Assembly (NCBI GenBank): GCA_963674945.2
Contig: CAXXWQ010000003.1
Coordinates: forward strand, 1,280,001 to 1,344,000
DNA length: 64,000 nt
Direction: 5' to 3'
Origin: an uncultured Desulfosarcina sp.
GTDB taxonomy: Bacteria; Desulfobacterota; Desulfobacteria; Desulfobacterales; Desulfosarcinaceae
Shown here in pieces: positions 20,007-29,991 of this stretch. Made by a program: the position numbers and the translations under genes. Positions within the stretch are counted from its first letter, which is position 1, and every line of letters starts with the position of its first letter. Under the pieces are notes generated by a model, which had not been told where the DNA came from, did not search any database, and saw nothing but the letters and a program-made list of their open reading frames with translations.

Positions 20007-20636
20007 ATGAAACCAAATAAAATTCTCGTTTTTCTATTTTTTTCATTTTTCTTGTTATCGATGTTCGGGTGCGGTTCAGATGAAACCAAAATGGTCTATA
20101 TCGATATGGGATCGGGTGCTGACAGCGACAACGGTGAGACGGATGATACCGATCCGGAACTTGACCCCGGCGAAATGACAGGTGAAGAACTTTACGACAA
20201 CTACTGCGCGGCCTGCCACGGGTCCAAAGAGAACACGAATATTATAGTAAAGACAGCCGAAGAGTTTAAAAAGCATATAGACCTGGGAACAGGCGGCATG
20301 GATACCGATGCGCTTGCGGCGCTTACGCAAGAGCAGCTTGAATCGATTGCCGACTATCTTACAGACGCAACTGAGACAGACGCCTTTGCCGTAACAACCG
20401 ACTATTATGGTAAAGTCTCTTATAATGCCTACTGCAGCACCTGCCATGGCAGCGGTGAATCAACAACTGCGGACCCTGTGAGTGTTGAGGCAATCACAAC
20501 AGCGATAGATTCAGGCATGGGAGGAACGGATATCTCATCTCTGGATGCTCTCACTGATGATGATCTGCGGGAAATAGCCGATTACCTGAACCAACTCATC
20601 GAGTGCGCCGACGGTTCCAACTTTTCTTTCGAATAA
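20007..20636 (+). CDS. Diheme class I c-type cytochrome lipoprotein
   Basis: Lipobox LSMFG-C, acidic linker, two similar domains (YCAACHG..GM..IADYL and YCSTCHG..GM..IADYL). Confidence 0.85.
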   Translation: MKPNKILVFLFFSFFLLSMFGCGSDETKMVYIDMGSGADSDNGETDDTDPELDPGEMTGEELYDNYCAACHGSKENTNIIVKTAEEFKKHIDLGTGGMDTDALAALTQEQLESIADYLTDATETDAFAVTTDYYGKVSYNAYCSTCHGSGESTTADPVSVEAITTAIDSGMGGTDISSLDALTDDDLREIADYLNQLIECADGSNFSFE

Positions 20637-20748
20637 TGCAAGATGTGAAAAAGGAAAGAGATATTTCATTGTGAATACCCTTATCGGTACATTGGACAAG
20701 TACATTTTGATTTGAACAAAGCGGTTTCAATCATTAGGAGAATCTACA

Positions 20749-22365
20749 ATGAGCAAAAGAAAAAAAGAAGCGCGTAATACCGATCTTTCCCGCCGTAATT
20801 TCATGAAAAAACTGAGCAGCCTTGCCATTGGAACCGCCGCAGTAGGGATGATTCCAGGTTGCGAAGGCGACACCAATGTTGAAATTCGCCCATACAGCAG
20901 CGCAGACAACGGTGCCATATCGAACGTTCCCGATGCATGGAATGATTCCGCGGATATCATTATCGTTGGATTCGGCGGAGCGGCTGCCATGGCTGCGATT
21001 CACGCCACACAGACAGCTCCCGGAACAACCGTTCTCATTGTCGAAGCGCAGGGGTCCGGCGGTGGATGCACAGCCATGTGCGGTGGCGGTACGCACCTCG
21101 GTGGAGGCACACAACTTCAGACAGACAGCGGATTCAGTGAAACCGCTGAGGAGTTCTACAACTATGCTCTCGCCACAGCAGGAGAAGGTGCGGATTCTGA
21201 TCTGATCAAAGCATATGCGGACAATGCCAAAGACACGTATGACGCTCTGGTATCCATCGGCATCAGCTATGACGGGTATGATTCCGGCTACCTGTTTTTG
21301 CCCCCCGATGGCAAAAGCCTAATCTACGACAACGCCAGACGCCCTGAAATCCTCGAAGCCGCAGGCCTTTCTCAGGCAGTTCCGCATATGCACTTCGGTC
21401 TGGCGCAAGGCGGCGCAGGCCGTGCGGCAACGATGTGGAATGCTCTTGAAACGGCCACACTGGGCATCAGCACTGTAAACGCTTGCTACAACACGGAAGT
21501 GAAACAGCTTATCGTTGACGGCAACGGCAGAGTTGTCGGCGTTGCTGCCGAAAGAGACGGCGAAACACTGTACTTCAAAGGCAGCCAAGCGGTCCTTCTG
21601 GCCAATGGCGGCTTTATCAAAAACGATGAAATGGTCGAACAGTTTATCCCCCATGCCATGGAATGCGTCCGCCTCGGAAACGCCATGGATCTGGGCACAG
21701 GAATTCAGATGGGCCAGGCCATCGGAGCCGACGTTAAACTCATGGACGCCGCCGAAGACTGGGGGCCGGCATGGAGATCCTCCCCCGCTCTCGTGAAAGC
21801 CATTGCCGTGAACAACCACGGGGAAAGGTTCGCCCCGGAAGATCTGGGCGGACCCGAAATGGGAAGATGGATTGCAAGGATCTATCCGTTGTCCTATATC
21901 GTTTTCGACCAGACCATCATGGACGAAATCGACGCGACAATACAACCCTACTTAAATGCTGATTCTGCAGACGCGATCGAGGAACTGGCCGCACTCATTG
22001 ACGTTCCTGCGGCATATCTCAGGAACACCATAGACATGTACAACGCTTCTGCGGCCACAGGCGTGGACGATCAGTTCCGCAAAGATCCGAACATGGTGCA
22101 GGAGATCAATACTTCCCCGTTTTATGCCCTCACACGAAGGCCGACCGATGTTTACACACTTTCATGCGGCGGGCTCCGCATAAACACGAAAACCCAGGTG
22201 CTACGGCCCGATGGAACCGTTATCCCCGGTCTCTACGCCGCAGGAGCCACCACCGCTCATATCAACGCACAGTACTATCTCGCCGGTGGCGGTACGGCAG
22301 GCGCCTTTGTATTCGGGCGCATCGCAGGACTGGAAATGGTGAATGAAGCGTCCTGGGATGTGTAA
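20749..22365 (+). CDS. Tat-exported FAD-dependent oxidoreductase lipoprotein (FAD_binding_2; ketosteroid-dehydrogenase/flavocytochrome-like)
   Basis: Tat motif SRRNFMK, lipobox-like IPG-C, IIVGFGGAA, GGGCTAMCGGGTHLGGGT, LLANGGF, GGLRIN, IPGLYAAG, FVFGRIAG. Confidence 0.85.
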   Translation: MSKRKKEARNTDLSRRNFMKKLSSLAIGTAAVGMIPGCEGDTNVEIRPYSSADNGAISNVPDAWNDSADIIIVGFGGAAAMAAIHATQTAPGTTVLIVEAQGSGGGCTAMCGGGTHLGGGTQLQTDSGFSETAEEFYNYALATAGEGADSDLIKAYADNAKDTYDALVSIGISYDGYDSGYLFLPPDGKSLIYDNARRPEILEAAGLSQAVPHMHFGLAQGGAGRAATMWNALETATLGISTVNACYNTEVKQLIVDGNGRVVGVAAERDGETLYFKGSQAVLLANGGFIKNDEMVEQFIPHAMECVRLGNAMDLGTGIQMGQAIGADVKLMDAAEDWGPAWRSSPALVKAIAVNNHGERFAPEDLGGPEMGRWIARIYPLSYIVFDQTIMDEIDATIQPYLNADSADAIEELAALIDVPAAYLRNTIDMYNASAATGVDDQFRKDPNMVQEINTSPFYALTRRPTDVYTLSCGGLRINTKTQVLRPDGTVIPGLYAAGATTAHINAQYYLAGGGTAGAFVFGRIAGLEMVNEASWDV

Positions 22366-22469
22366 ATTGAGCGATCAGCCCTTGGCTGTTAGCGTTTAGC
22401 AGAATGATATCAAGAAGTTGCTGAAGTTTTTGATTGCAACCCGATGAGTGGTCATTGAAATACTGATAA

Positions 22470-25400
22470 ATGCCCTATATGATGTTACCGGCAAAAAGCG
22501 AACTGCTCAATCGGGTTTCAATGATTACACAAATAAAATCATTCTCTCCGGCGGTCATCCCGTCAGGTCTTTCCATCGTCCATGGCAGTCACATGGAGGA
22601 TCTGCGACAGGTGGCCATTGGCTGGATCGCGCGTCATCCGCTTGCCCCCCTGGAAAACGAATGTTTCGTGGTCCAGAGCAACGGCATGGCCCAGTGGCTG
22701 AAACTGGCCATGGCCGACGATGAAGGATGCGGCATCAGCGCAGCCGTCGATTTTCAACTGCCGGCCCGTTTTCTGTGGAACGCCTACCGGGCCGTTCTCG
22801 GCGACGATGAAATTCCCGACCACTCTCCTTTCGACAAGGATCGATTGATCTGGCGCCTCATGCGTCTGTTGCCCACCTGGATAGGATCGGACTGGTTCAC
22901 CCCTTTGGCCAATTACCTTTCCGATGATCCGGACCATCGCAAGCGTTACCAATTGTCCCGTCATTTGGCCGACCTGTATGATCAATACCAGGTCTACCGC
23001 GCCGACTGGCTCTCAGAATGGATCCATGGATCGGACCGTTTGTACGACGCCGGCGGCATTCCCATTGACCTGCCGCCGGAGCAGCGCTGGCAGGCGGAAT
23101 TGTGGCGGTACATCCATGCCGATGTGCCGGAAAACGCACGGGATACCAGCCGTTTTCGACTCCACCGGCGCTTTCTCGATGAAATCGGCAACTGCAAGAC
23201 GCGCCCGCCCCTTTTGCCACGAAGGGTGATTGTCTTTGGCATCAGCAGCCTTCCCCAACAGGCCATAGCGGCCATCCATGCCCTCTCCCGGCACAGTCAG
23301 ATACTCCTTTTCGTCCACAATCCCTGCCGGCACTTCTGGGCCGATATCGTGGAGGATCGGCAGCTGCTTCGAATCCACCAGACCCGACACCGGCAAAAGG
23401 CGGGCCTTCCACCGTCGCTGAACCTGGAACGACTTCACCAGCACGTCAATCCGCTTTTGGCCGCCTGGGGGAAACAGGGGCGGGACTACATCGGTCTCCT
23501 CTACGGGTACGACCGACCGGAAAAATACCGGGGACAATTCGGACAGATCGACCTGTTCAGCGACTTTATCCGGATTGATGCGCCCCATCTCCTGCTCCAT
23601 CAGGTACAGCAGGCCATCCTGGATCTGACACCCTTGCCAGGATCCGAGGGAAAAAGGGATGTCATTTCCCCCGACGACCGGTCCATCACCTTTCAGGTGG
23701 CCCACAGCCGCCAGCGGGAGGTGGAGATCCTTCGCGATCAGCTTTTGGCCCTGTTCGACGACGACGCAAAGCTGTCGCCCCAGGACGTGATTGTCATGAC
23801 GCCGGATATCGATCTTTACACATCCCACGTGGAGGCGGTTTTCGGTAACGTGGATGTCGAGGATGCAAGGCATATCCCCTATACCATCGCCGATAGTCCC
23901 GAACGTGCCGGTGCCGCCTTGTTCAAGGCCCTGGACAAGCTCTTTCACCTGCCCACACTGCGGCTTTCCGCCGGCGACCTGTTGGACCTTCTCATGATTC
24001 CCGCCGTTCGCCATCGATTCGGCTGGGAGGAAGGGGACCTGCCCCAACTGCACGACTGGATCTTCGGCTCCGGCATCCGATGGGGCCTTTGTGCCGAACA
24101 TCGAAGATCTCTGGGTCTACCGGAAGGCATCGAACAGAATACCTGGTGGTTTGGCGTAAAGCGCATGCTCCTTGGATATGCGGTGGGGAAAGGCGAATGC
24201 TGGCGGGAAATCGTTCCTTTCGATGAAATCGGTGGATTGGATGCGGCCTTGATAGGCCCCCTGGTCCAGATGATCCAGCGGCTGGAGGCCTACCGGCAAA
24301 CCTTGGCCCGCCCTTCCCCACCCGAGGATTGGGCCCGGCGTCTTGGCCGGTTGCTCCACGATTTCTTTCTGCCTGCCGACGCCTTTGAACAACTGGCCGT
24401 AACCAGGATGGAGACAGTTATCGACGAATGGCTTGAGGCATGTGCCGATGCCGATCTGCGCCAGGCAATCCCCCTGGCCGTGGTACGGGAGGCACTCATG
24501 GGAGCCATGGAAAGGACCAGCGTCAGCCAGCGGTTTCTGGCCGGTCGGGTCAATTTCTGCACACTGATGCCCATGCGTGCGATCCCCTTCAAGGTGGTAT
24601 GCCTGTTGGGCATGGACGATGGGGCCTATCCCCGCAGTCGACCACCCATGGATTTCGACCTGATGGCCGGTGCCGGGCGATACCGACCCGGTGATCGCTC
24701 CCGCCGGGAGGATGATCGGTATATTTTCCTCGAGGCCCTGCTCTCTGCGAGAGAAAAGCTTTACATCAGCTATGTGGGCCGCAACATCCGGGACAACAGC
24801 CGTCTGATGCCATCGGTTCTGGTGGGCCAGCTCAAAGACTACCTGGCCGCCGGCTGGCAGGTGGCAAAAGATCGCAACGGCAGGCAGAAAAATCTGTTGG
24901 ACCAATTGACCTGCGAACACCCCCTGCAGCCCTTCAGCCAGACCTATTTCCAACCCGAACGGTGGCCCGAACGATTTACTTACGCACGAAAGTGGCAGGG
25001 GATTCATGGAGGTAAGGCCGATAAGCCTTCGATCCCGGTGCTGAAGCCGGCCATGGTCGAAGGCAAGCTGAAACTCGCCCCGCTGATTCAGTTTCTTAAG
25101 AACCCCGTCAGGGCCTTTTTCAATCAGCGATTGAAGGTGAACCTCTCGCCCGTGGACGTGATCACCGAAGACACGGAGCCCTTCTTTCTCGATGCCCTTG
25201 CACCGTTCGACATGGGAACACAGCTTCTTGCTGCCGGCTTTTCCGCCAGGCCGGAAGCGCGCATCGATACCGTGCACCGGACCGTGGAGATCCTGAAACG
25301 AAGCGGCCGGCTGCCCATCAATGGCTTCGGTAAAATCTGGGCGGACAGCCTGGCCGAACCGGTGCTGCGGATCCTCGACATGCAAGCCGACCTTTCTTCC

Positions 25401-26027
25401 AAATGGAAGGGAGAACCCGAAACCGTCGAATTGCGGCTTTTCCTGCCTCTGGGCGGTGGCGAACAAATCGAGCTGGAAGACTGGCTGGATGGCTTGCAGA
25501 CCGAGGAGGCCGGCCAGCCGGAATCGAAACGATTCGCCCGTTGGGAATTCTATCCCCTTGCCATCATGGACGCGAAGGGAGAGGTCAGCCGGCTGCACCC
25601 CCTGATCGGCCCCTGGCTCAAGCACCTTTCCGCCTGTGCCGCGGGCTTAGACCTGACCAGTTGTCTGATCGCCCCTGACGGCGTGGCCACCCTGGCACCC
25701 CTGCCACCGGTGAAAGCGCGAAGATGGCTGAGCGAGATCGCCATCCACTGGTTTGTCGGCCTGGCCACCCCCTTGCCCGTAACGGCGAGATCTGCCCTGG
25801 CCTATCTTACGGTCGTAAAAGGGGAAGACGGGCAAAGGGCAAGACATGCGGCGCAGTTGGCCTTTCAGGGAGACGGATTCAACAGACCGGGAGAGTTGGG
25901 GTACGGTGACGGCGTCTATTTGCGAAGATGCTATCCGGACTTCGATGCCCTGTGGCAGGCCGACGACAACCGGTTCGACGATCTGGCCAGGCGACTTTAC
26001 GGGCCAATAGTGGAACACATCGGATAG
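22470..26027 (+). CDS. recC: Exodeoxyribonuclease V gamma subunit
   Basis: VVQSNGMAQWLK, LYDQYQVYR, NPCRHFW, HSRQREVEILRD, TLMPMRAIPF, DRYIFLEALLSAR; exact start uncertain. Confidence 0.95.
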   Translation: MPYMMLPAKSELLNRVSMITQIKSFSPAVIPSGLSIVHGSHMEDLRQVAIGWIARHPLAPLENECFVVQSNGMAQWLKLAMADDEGCGISAAVDFQLPARFLWNAYRAVLGDDEIPDHSPFDKDRLIWRLMRLLPTWIGSDWFTPLANYLSDDPDHRKRYQLSRHLADLYDQYQVYRADWLSEWIHGSDRLYDAGGIPIDLPPEQRWQAELWRYIHADVPENARDTSRFRLHRRFLDEIGNCKTRPPLLPRRVIVFGISSLPQQAIAAIHALSRHSQILLFVHNPCRHFWADIVEDRQLLRIHQTRHRQKAGLPPSLNLERLHQHVNPLLAAWGKQGRDYIGLLYGYDRPEKYRGQFGQIDLFSDFIRIDAPHLLLHQVQQAILDLTPLPGSEGKRDVISPDDRSITFQVAHSRQREVEILRDQLLALFDDDAKLSPQDVIVMTPDIDLYTSHVEAVFGNVDVEDARHIPYTIADSPERAGAALFKALDKLFHLPTLRLSAGDLLDLLMIPAVRHRFGWEEGDLPQLHDWIFGSGIRWGLCAEHRRSLGLPEGIEQNTWWFGVKRMLLGYAVGKGECWREIVPFDEIGGLDAALIGPLVQMIQRLEAYRQTLARPSPPEDWARRLGRLLHDFFLPADAFEQLAVTRMETVIDEWLEACADADLRQAIPLAVVREALMGAMERTSVSQRFLAGRVNFCTLMPMRAIPFKVVCLLGMDDGAYPRSRPPMDFDLMAGAGRYRPGDRSRREDDRYIFLEALLSAREKLYISYVGRNIRDNSRLMPSVLVGQLKDYLAAGWQVAKDRNGRQKNLLDQLTCEHPLQPFSQTYFQPERWPERFTYARKWQGIHGGKADKPSIPVLKPAMVEGKLKLAPLIQFLKNPVRAFFNQRLKVNLSPVDVITEDTEPFFLDALAPFDMGTQLLAAGFSARPEARIDTVHRTVEILKRSGRLPINGFGKIWADSLAEPVLRILDMQADLSSKWKGEPETVELRLFLPLGGGEQIELEDWLDGLQTEEAGQPESKRFARWEFYPLAIMDAKGEVSRLHPLIGPWLKHLSACAAGLDLTSCLIAPDGVATLAPLPPVKARRWLSEIAIHWFVGLATPLPVTARSALAYLTVVKGEDGQRARHAAQLAFQGDGFNRPGELGYGDGVYLRRCYPDFDALWQADDNRFDDLARRLYGPIVEHIG

Positions 26028-26106
26028 TAAAAGAAATCATCAGAGGTGATTTCCCTGGAAAGAGGGGATTGCCATGTTTGGGTCAGCTCATAGGAGACAG
26101 AAACTG

Positions 26107-26236
26107 CAGAAGTCAGAATCCAGGAGTCAGAAGTCAGAATGGCAATGTTGTCGCTTCGCTCTGTCGATTAATTAAGATGGATCGAGCCGAAGGCGAGTAC
26201 CTCATTCTGAATTCTGAATTCTGACTCCTGAATTCT
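26107..26236. repeat. Inverted pair of tandem heptamer arrays (CAGAAKY / ATTCTGA) around a TCGCTTCGCTC core
   Basis: Left arm cagaagt-cagaatc-caggagt-cagaagt-cagaat; core 26151-26161 with partly complementary gagccgaaggcga; right arm attctga x3-ctcctga-attct. Lies between recC and recB. Confidence 0.8.
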
Positions 26237-26313
26237 TATAAAAATCATACGGCAGAACCATTTTTTTAACACGGTGTAGAAAACCAGATTCCCTTGATTG
26301 AATAGAGACCACC

Positions 26314-29300
26314 ATGCCAAATCCGCTGAATCCGCTGACCTTTCCCCTACACGGCGACCGGCTGATCGAGGCCAGTGCCGGTACCGGAAAGACCTATACC
26401 ATTGCAGCCCTCTACCTGCGGCTCGTGTTGGGGCACGGCGATGGAAACGGTTTCGGCCGCCCCCTGACGCCTCCCGAAATTCTGGTGGTGACCTTTACCA
26501 ACGCGGCCACGGGTGAACTCAGAGACCGTATTCGGGGGCGGCTCACCCAGGCCGCCGCCTTCTTTCGCGATGATACCGACGGGGACGATCTTTTAGATAG
26601 CCTGCGAGACGCCTATCCGTCCGACACCTGGCTGGACCAGGCCCGGCTCCTGGACCAGGCAGCCCAATGGATGGATGAGGCCGCCATTCATACCATCCAC
26701 GGATGGTCCCAGCGCATGCTGCAGCAACACGCCTTCGACAGTAACAGCCCCTTCGACCTGACATTGGAGCCCAACGACCAGGGGCTTTTGGAAGAGGCAG
26801 CCCGGGACTACTGGCGCACCTTCTTCTATCCGCTGGCACCGGATCGTCTCCGTCAAGCCCTGAATATCGTCGAATGCGATACGCCGGAACAGTGGCTGGC
26901 AAAACTGCGGCCCCTTCTCAAGGAGTCCTTCGGTCAACCCGAACAAGATCCCTTTGCCATGCTCGACGAAATGTCACGGGCCATGGATACGGCCCGGAAA
27001 CGATGGGCCCCGGATCTGGACGAGGCCGTGGACCGATTGTGGGAAGCCAGACACCAAAAGCGGCTGAATGGCAATCAATACCGGGAAAAATCCTTCACCG
27101 ACTGGCTCCATCAGCTGACACAGTGGGTGCGGATGGACGGCCCCCTGCCGGACGACACGGCACGGTTCAAACTTTCCGCGTCGGGACTCGCGGCCGGAAC
27201 CAATAAGAACGCGTCCCCGCCCCTGCACCGGGCGTATGAGATTTTCGATGATCTCAATGACGAATTGGAACGGCTCGATGTGAAAACGGCCTTTCACCTT
27301 CACGGGGCAGTAGAGATCGCCCGGCGATACGAGCAGGAAAAAGCACGCAGGGGCCAGATGAATTACGACGATCTGTTGACCCGCCTGGCCCAGGGACTCG
27401 TACAATCGGACGGTGACCGCCTGGCCCGATCGATCCGCCGTCAATTTCCCGTAGCCCTCATCGACGAATTCCAGGATACCGACCCGGTCCAGTTCGACAC
27501 GTTCCATCACATCTACATGGGCCGGCCGGATACCTGCCTCGTCATGATCGGTGACCCCAAGCAGGCCATCTACCGGTTTCGGGGCGCGGACATCTACACC
27601 TACCTCAGGGCGCGACGGGCCACCAACGGTCGCCACTACACCCTTTCCACCAACTATCGGTCCACTGCCGGCTTGGTGGCTTCGGTAAACCAGATGTTCC
27701 AGTCCCCCGCCACTTCGGACCAGGGGCCTTTTCTGTTCAAATCACAGATTCCCTTCGAACCCGTCGATGCCCATGAAGTAAAAGCGCGGGTCGTCATCCA
27801 TGGACGGCCGGCCGAGAGCATGACCTGGTGGACGCTGTCCCAGACCGAACCCGTTGCCAAGACCACGCAAGAAGGCTACCTGCCGCTGATGGCCGAAGCA
27901 TTTGCCACCCGGATCGCGAATTTGCTGTGTCTGGCCGATCACGATCCGCCCGAAGCCGGCATCCGGGATCCGGACGGACGTATCGTAGCCCTTCGACCGG
28001 AAGACATTGCCGTTTTGGTCAGGGACGGATACGAGGCCGATGCCATCACACGGGCCTTGAATCGACGGGGTGTAAGCAGCGTCTATCTCTCAGACAGGGA
28101 GTCGATATTTCAAACCGAGGAGGCCGCGGATACGCTCTTTTTACTCACTGCTTGCGCCGAACCCTCCCGGGACGGTGCCATACGCGCGGCATTGGTCACA
28201 TCGGTGATCGGCCTGCCCCTGGACCTTCTGGATCGGCTCTTTGAGGATGACATCGCCTGGGAGAACCAGGTGGAGAACTTCCGCCGATACCGGCTGATCT
28301 GGCAACAGCGGGGCGTGCTTCCCATGCTGCGGACCCTGCTGCACGACTTTGGCGTATTTAAACGACTGCTTGCAAGCGAAGATGGAGAGCGCTCCGTGAC
28401 CAATCTGCTCCACCTGGCCGAACTGCTGCAAGGTGCGAGTACAGGACTTACCGGACACCAGGCGCTGATCCGATGGCTGTGTCAACAGATGAAGGAAGCA
28501 GATGGCACCCCCGATGACCAGATCCTGCGGCTGGAAAGCGATGCAGATCGGGTTCGGGTGGTCACTATCCACAAATCCAAAGGGTTGGAATATCCCCTCG
28601 TGTTTCTGCCATTTGTCTGCAGTTTCCGTAAGGTTTCGCCGCGCAACCATTCCATGGTGCAGGTCCACGACGACCAGAACCGGCAAAGGCTCGTCATGGC
28701 ACCCACGGAGGCCGATTATGAAGAGGCGGACCGGGAACGGCTGGCCGAAGACCTGCGGCTGCTTTACGTGGCAGTCACCCGGGCAAAATTGGCCTGCTGG
28801 CTTGGCATCGCCGTGATGGGCAGGTCTACCAAACGTGGCGAAACCACCCAACTTCACCTCTCTGGTCTGGGCTACCTGCTATCCGGGCCGAATCCCATCG
28901 CCACCGGTGACCTTTCCACTCGATTAGAGGCCCTCAAAGGCGATTGCGGAGAAATCACCATCGAATCCCTTCCCGAGGCCGACGACCGGACTTACACACC
29001 CCGGCCGGAAACGATCCCGTTGTCCCCTGCCCGATCCTTTCGGGGCCACATTTCCAAGGACTGGTGGATCGCCAGCTATTCGGGTATCGTCTCCGACGCG
29101 GGACGCACCCTTGCCCCGGACCAGGAAATCGTCCCGGCCTACCCCCTTTCCACCGCAGCCCATTCGGCGACGGAAGATCAGCTGCAGGAGACGAAGGTGG
29201 AATCCTTCGTCCCGTCTCCGCCTGTGGCGCCCGGCCGCTCCATCCACCAGTTTCCCAAGGGCCCCCAGCCGGGCACCTTCCTGCACGACCTTTTGGAATG

Positions 29301-29991
29301 GGCGGCGATACAGGGGTTCGGCGCCCTGGCCCAGAATCGCCAACGGATCATCGACAGGCTCGCGCCATTGTGCCGGCGATATGAATGGGAGCCATGGCTT
29401 GACACCCTGGCCGACTGGTTGCAGCGCCTGCTTACGACCCCGTTCCCCCTCCCGGAGGAGGCACCCCCGGTTTCGCTGAACCGATTGAAGACCGAAGCGT
29501 ATCAGCCTGAACTGGAATTTCTCTTCGCCGCCCATGGTTTGGAAACCGCCATGCTGGATCATCGGGTCACCACCCATACTTTCGGGGGGGCGCCGCGGCC
29601 GCAACTGCAGCCGGCCACGGTCAACGGCATGCTAAAGGGCTTCATCGATCTGGCCTTCTGCCACGACGGCCGCTACTACGTGCTGGACTACAAATCCAAC
29701 CACCTGGGAGAAGACGAACAGGCCTACGTGCAGGATGCCATCGCCCGGGCCATGATGGAACATCGCTACGACCTGCAGTACGTACTCTACACCCTGGCCA
29801 TGCATCGGCTTCTCAAGGCACGGCTGCCGGGCTATGATTATGGGCGCCACATGGGTGGCGGGGTTTATCTTTTTCTGCGGGGCGTCAACGACCAGGGCAG
29901 GGGCGTTTTTGTGGACAAGCCCCCATGGCCGCTGATTCAAACCCTGGACGCCTGGTTTTCCGGTCGAAAGGACCCTACCCATGATGCATAA
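26314..29991 (+). CDS. recB: Exodeoxyribonuclease V beta subunit
   Basis: IEASAGTGKT, IDEFQDT, GDPKQAIYRFRGAD, TIHKSKGLEY, nuclease GFIDL..VLDYKSN. Confidence 0.97.
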   Translation: MPNPLNPLTFPLHGDRLIEASAGTGKTYTIAALYLRLVLGHGDGNGFGRPLTPPEILVVTFTNAATGELRDRIRGRLTQAAAFFRDDTDGDDLLDSLRDAYPSDTWLDQARLLDQAAQWMDEAAIHTIHGWSQRMLQQHAFDSNSPFDLTLEPNDQGLLEEAARDYWRTFFYPLAPDRLRQALNIVECDTPEQWLAKLRPLLKESFGQPEQDPFAMLDEMSRAMDTARKRWAPDLDEAVDRLWEARHQKRLNGNQYREKSFTDWLHQLTQWVRMDGPLPDDTARFKLSASGLAAGTNKNASPPLHRAYEIFDDLNDELERLDVKTAFHLHGAVEIARRYEQEKARRGQMNYDDLLTRLAQGLVQSDGDRLARSIRRQFPVALIDEFQDTDPVQFDTFHHIYMGRPDTCLVMIGDPKQAIYRFRGADIYTYLRARRATNGRHYTLSTNYRSTAGLVASVNQMFQSPATSDQGPFLFKSQIPFEPVDAHEVKARVVIHGRPAESMTWWTLSQTEPVAKTTQEGYLPLMAEAFATRIANLLCLADHDPPEAGIRDPDGRIVALRPEDIAVLVRDGYEADAITRALNRRGVSSVYLSDRESIFQTEEAADTLFLLTACAEPSRDGAIRAALVTSVIGLPLDLLDRLFEDDIAWENQVENFRRYRLIWQQRGVLPMLRTLLHDFGVFKRLLASEDGERSVTNLLHLAELLQGASTGLTGHQALIRWLCQQMKEADGTPDDQILRLESDADRVRVVTIHKSKGLEYPLVFLPFVCSFRKVSPRNHSMVQVHDDQNRQRLVMAPTEADYEEADRERLAEDLRLLYVAVTRAKLACWLGIAVMGRSTKRGETTQLHLSGLGYLLSGPNPIATGDLSTRLEALKGDCGEITIESLPEADDRTYTPRPETIPLSPARSFRGHISKDWWIASYSGIVSDAGRTLAPDQEIVPAYPLSTAAHSATEDQLQETKVESFVPSPPVAPGRSIHQFPKGPQPGTFLHDLLEWAAIQGFGALAQNRQRIIDRLAPLCRRYEWEPWLDTLADWLQRLLTTPFPLPEEAPPVSLNRLKTEAYQPELEFLFAAHGLETAMLDHRVTTHTFGGAPRPQLQPATVNGMLKGFIDLAFCHDGRYYVLDYKSNHLGEDEQAYVQDAIARAMMEHRYDLQYVLYTLAMHRLLKARLPGYDYGRHMGGGVYLFLRGVNDQGRGVFVDKPPWPLIQTLDAWFSGRKDPTHDA

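Noticed and set aside
20749..22365. Annotation as fumarate reductase or succinate dehydrogenase flavoprotein
   Set aside because: Dicarboxylate-binding His/Arg motifs are absent and there are no Fe-S or membrane anchor partner genes.
24117..25625. 502-aa antisense ORF, and similar long shadow ORFs (7619..8740, 15120..16199, 23013..24101, 35848..36951, 56019..57068, 57924..58943, 61342..62202)
   Set aside because: They lie opposite well-supported genes in GC-rich DNA and show no recognisable motifs.
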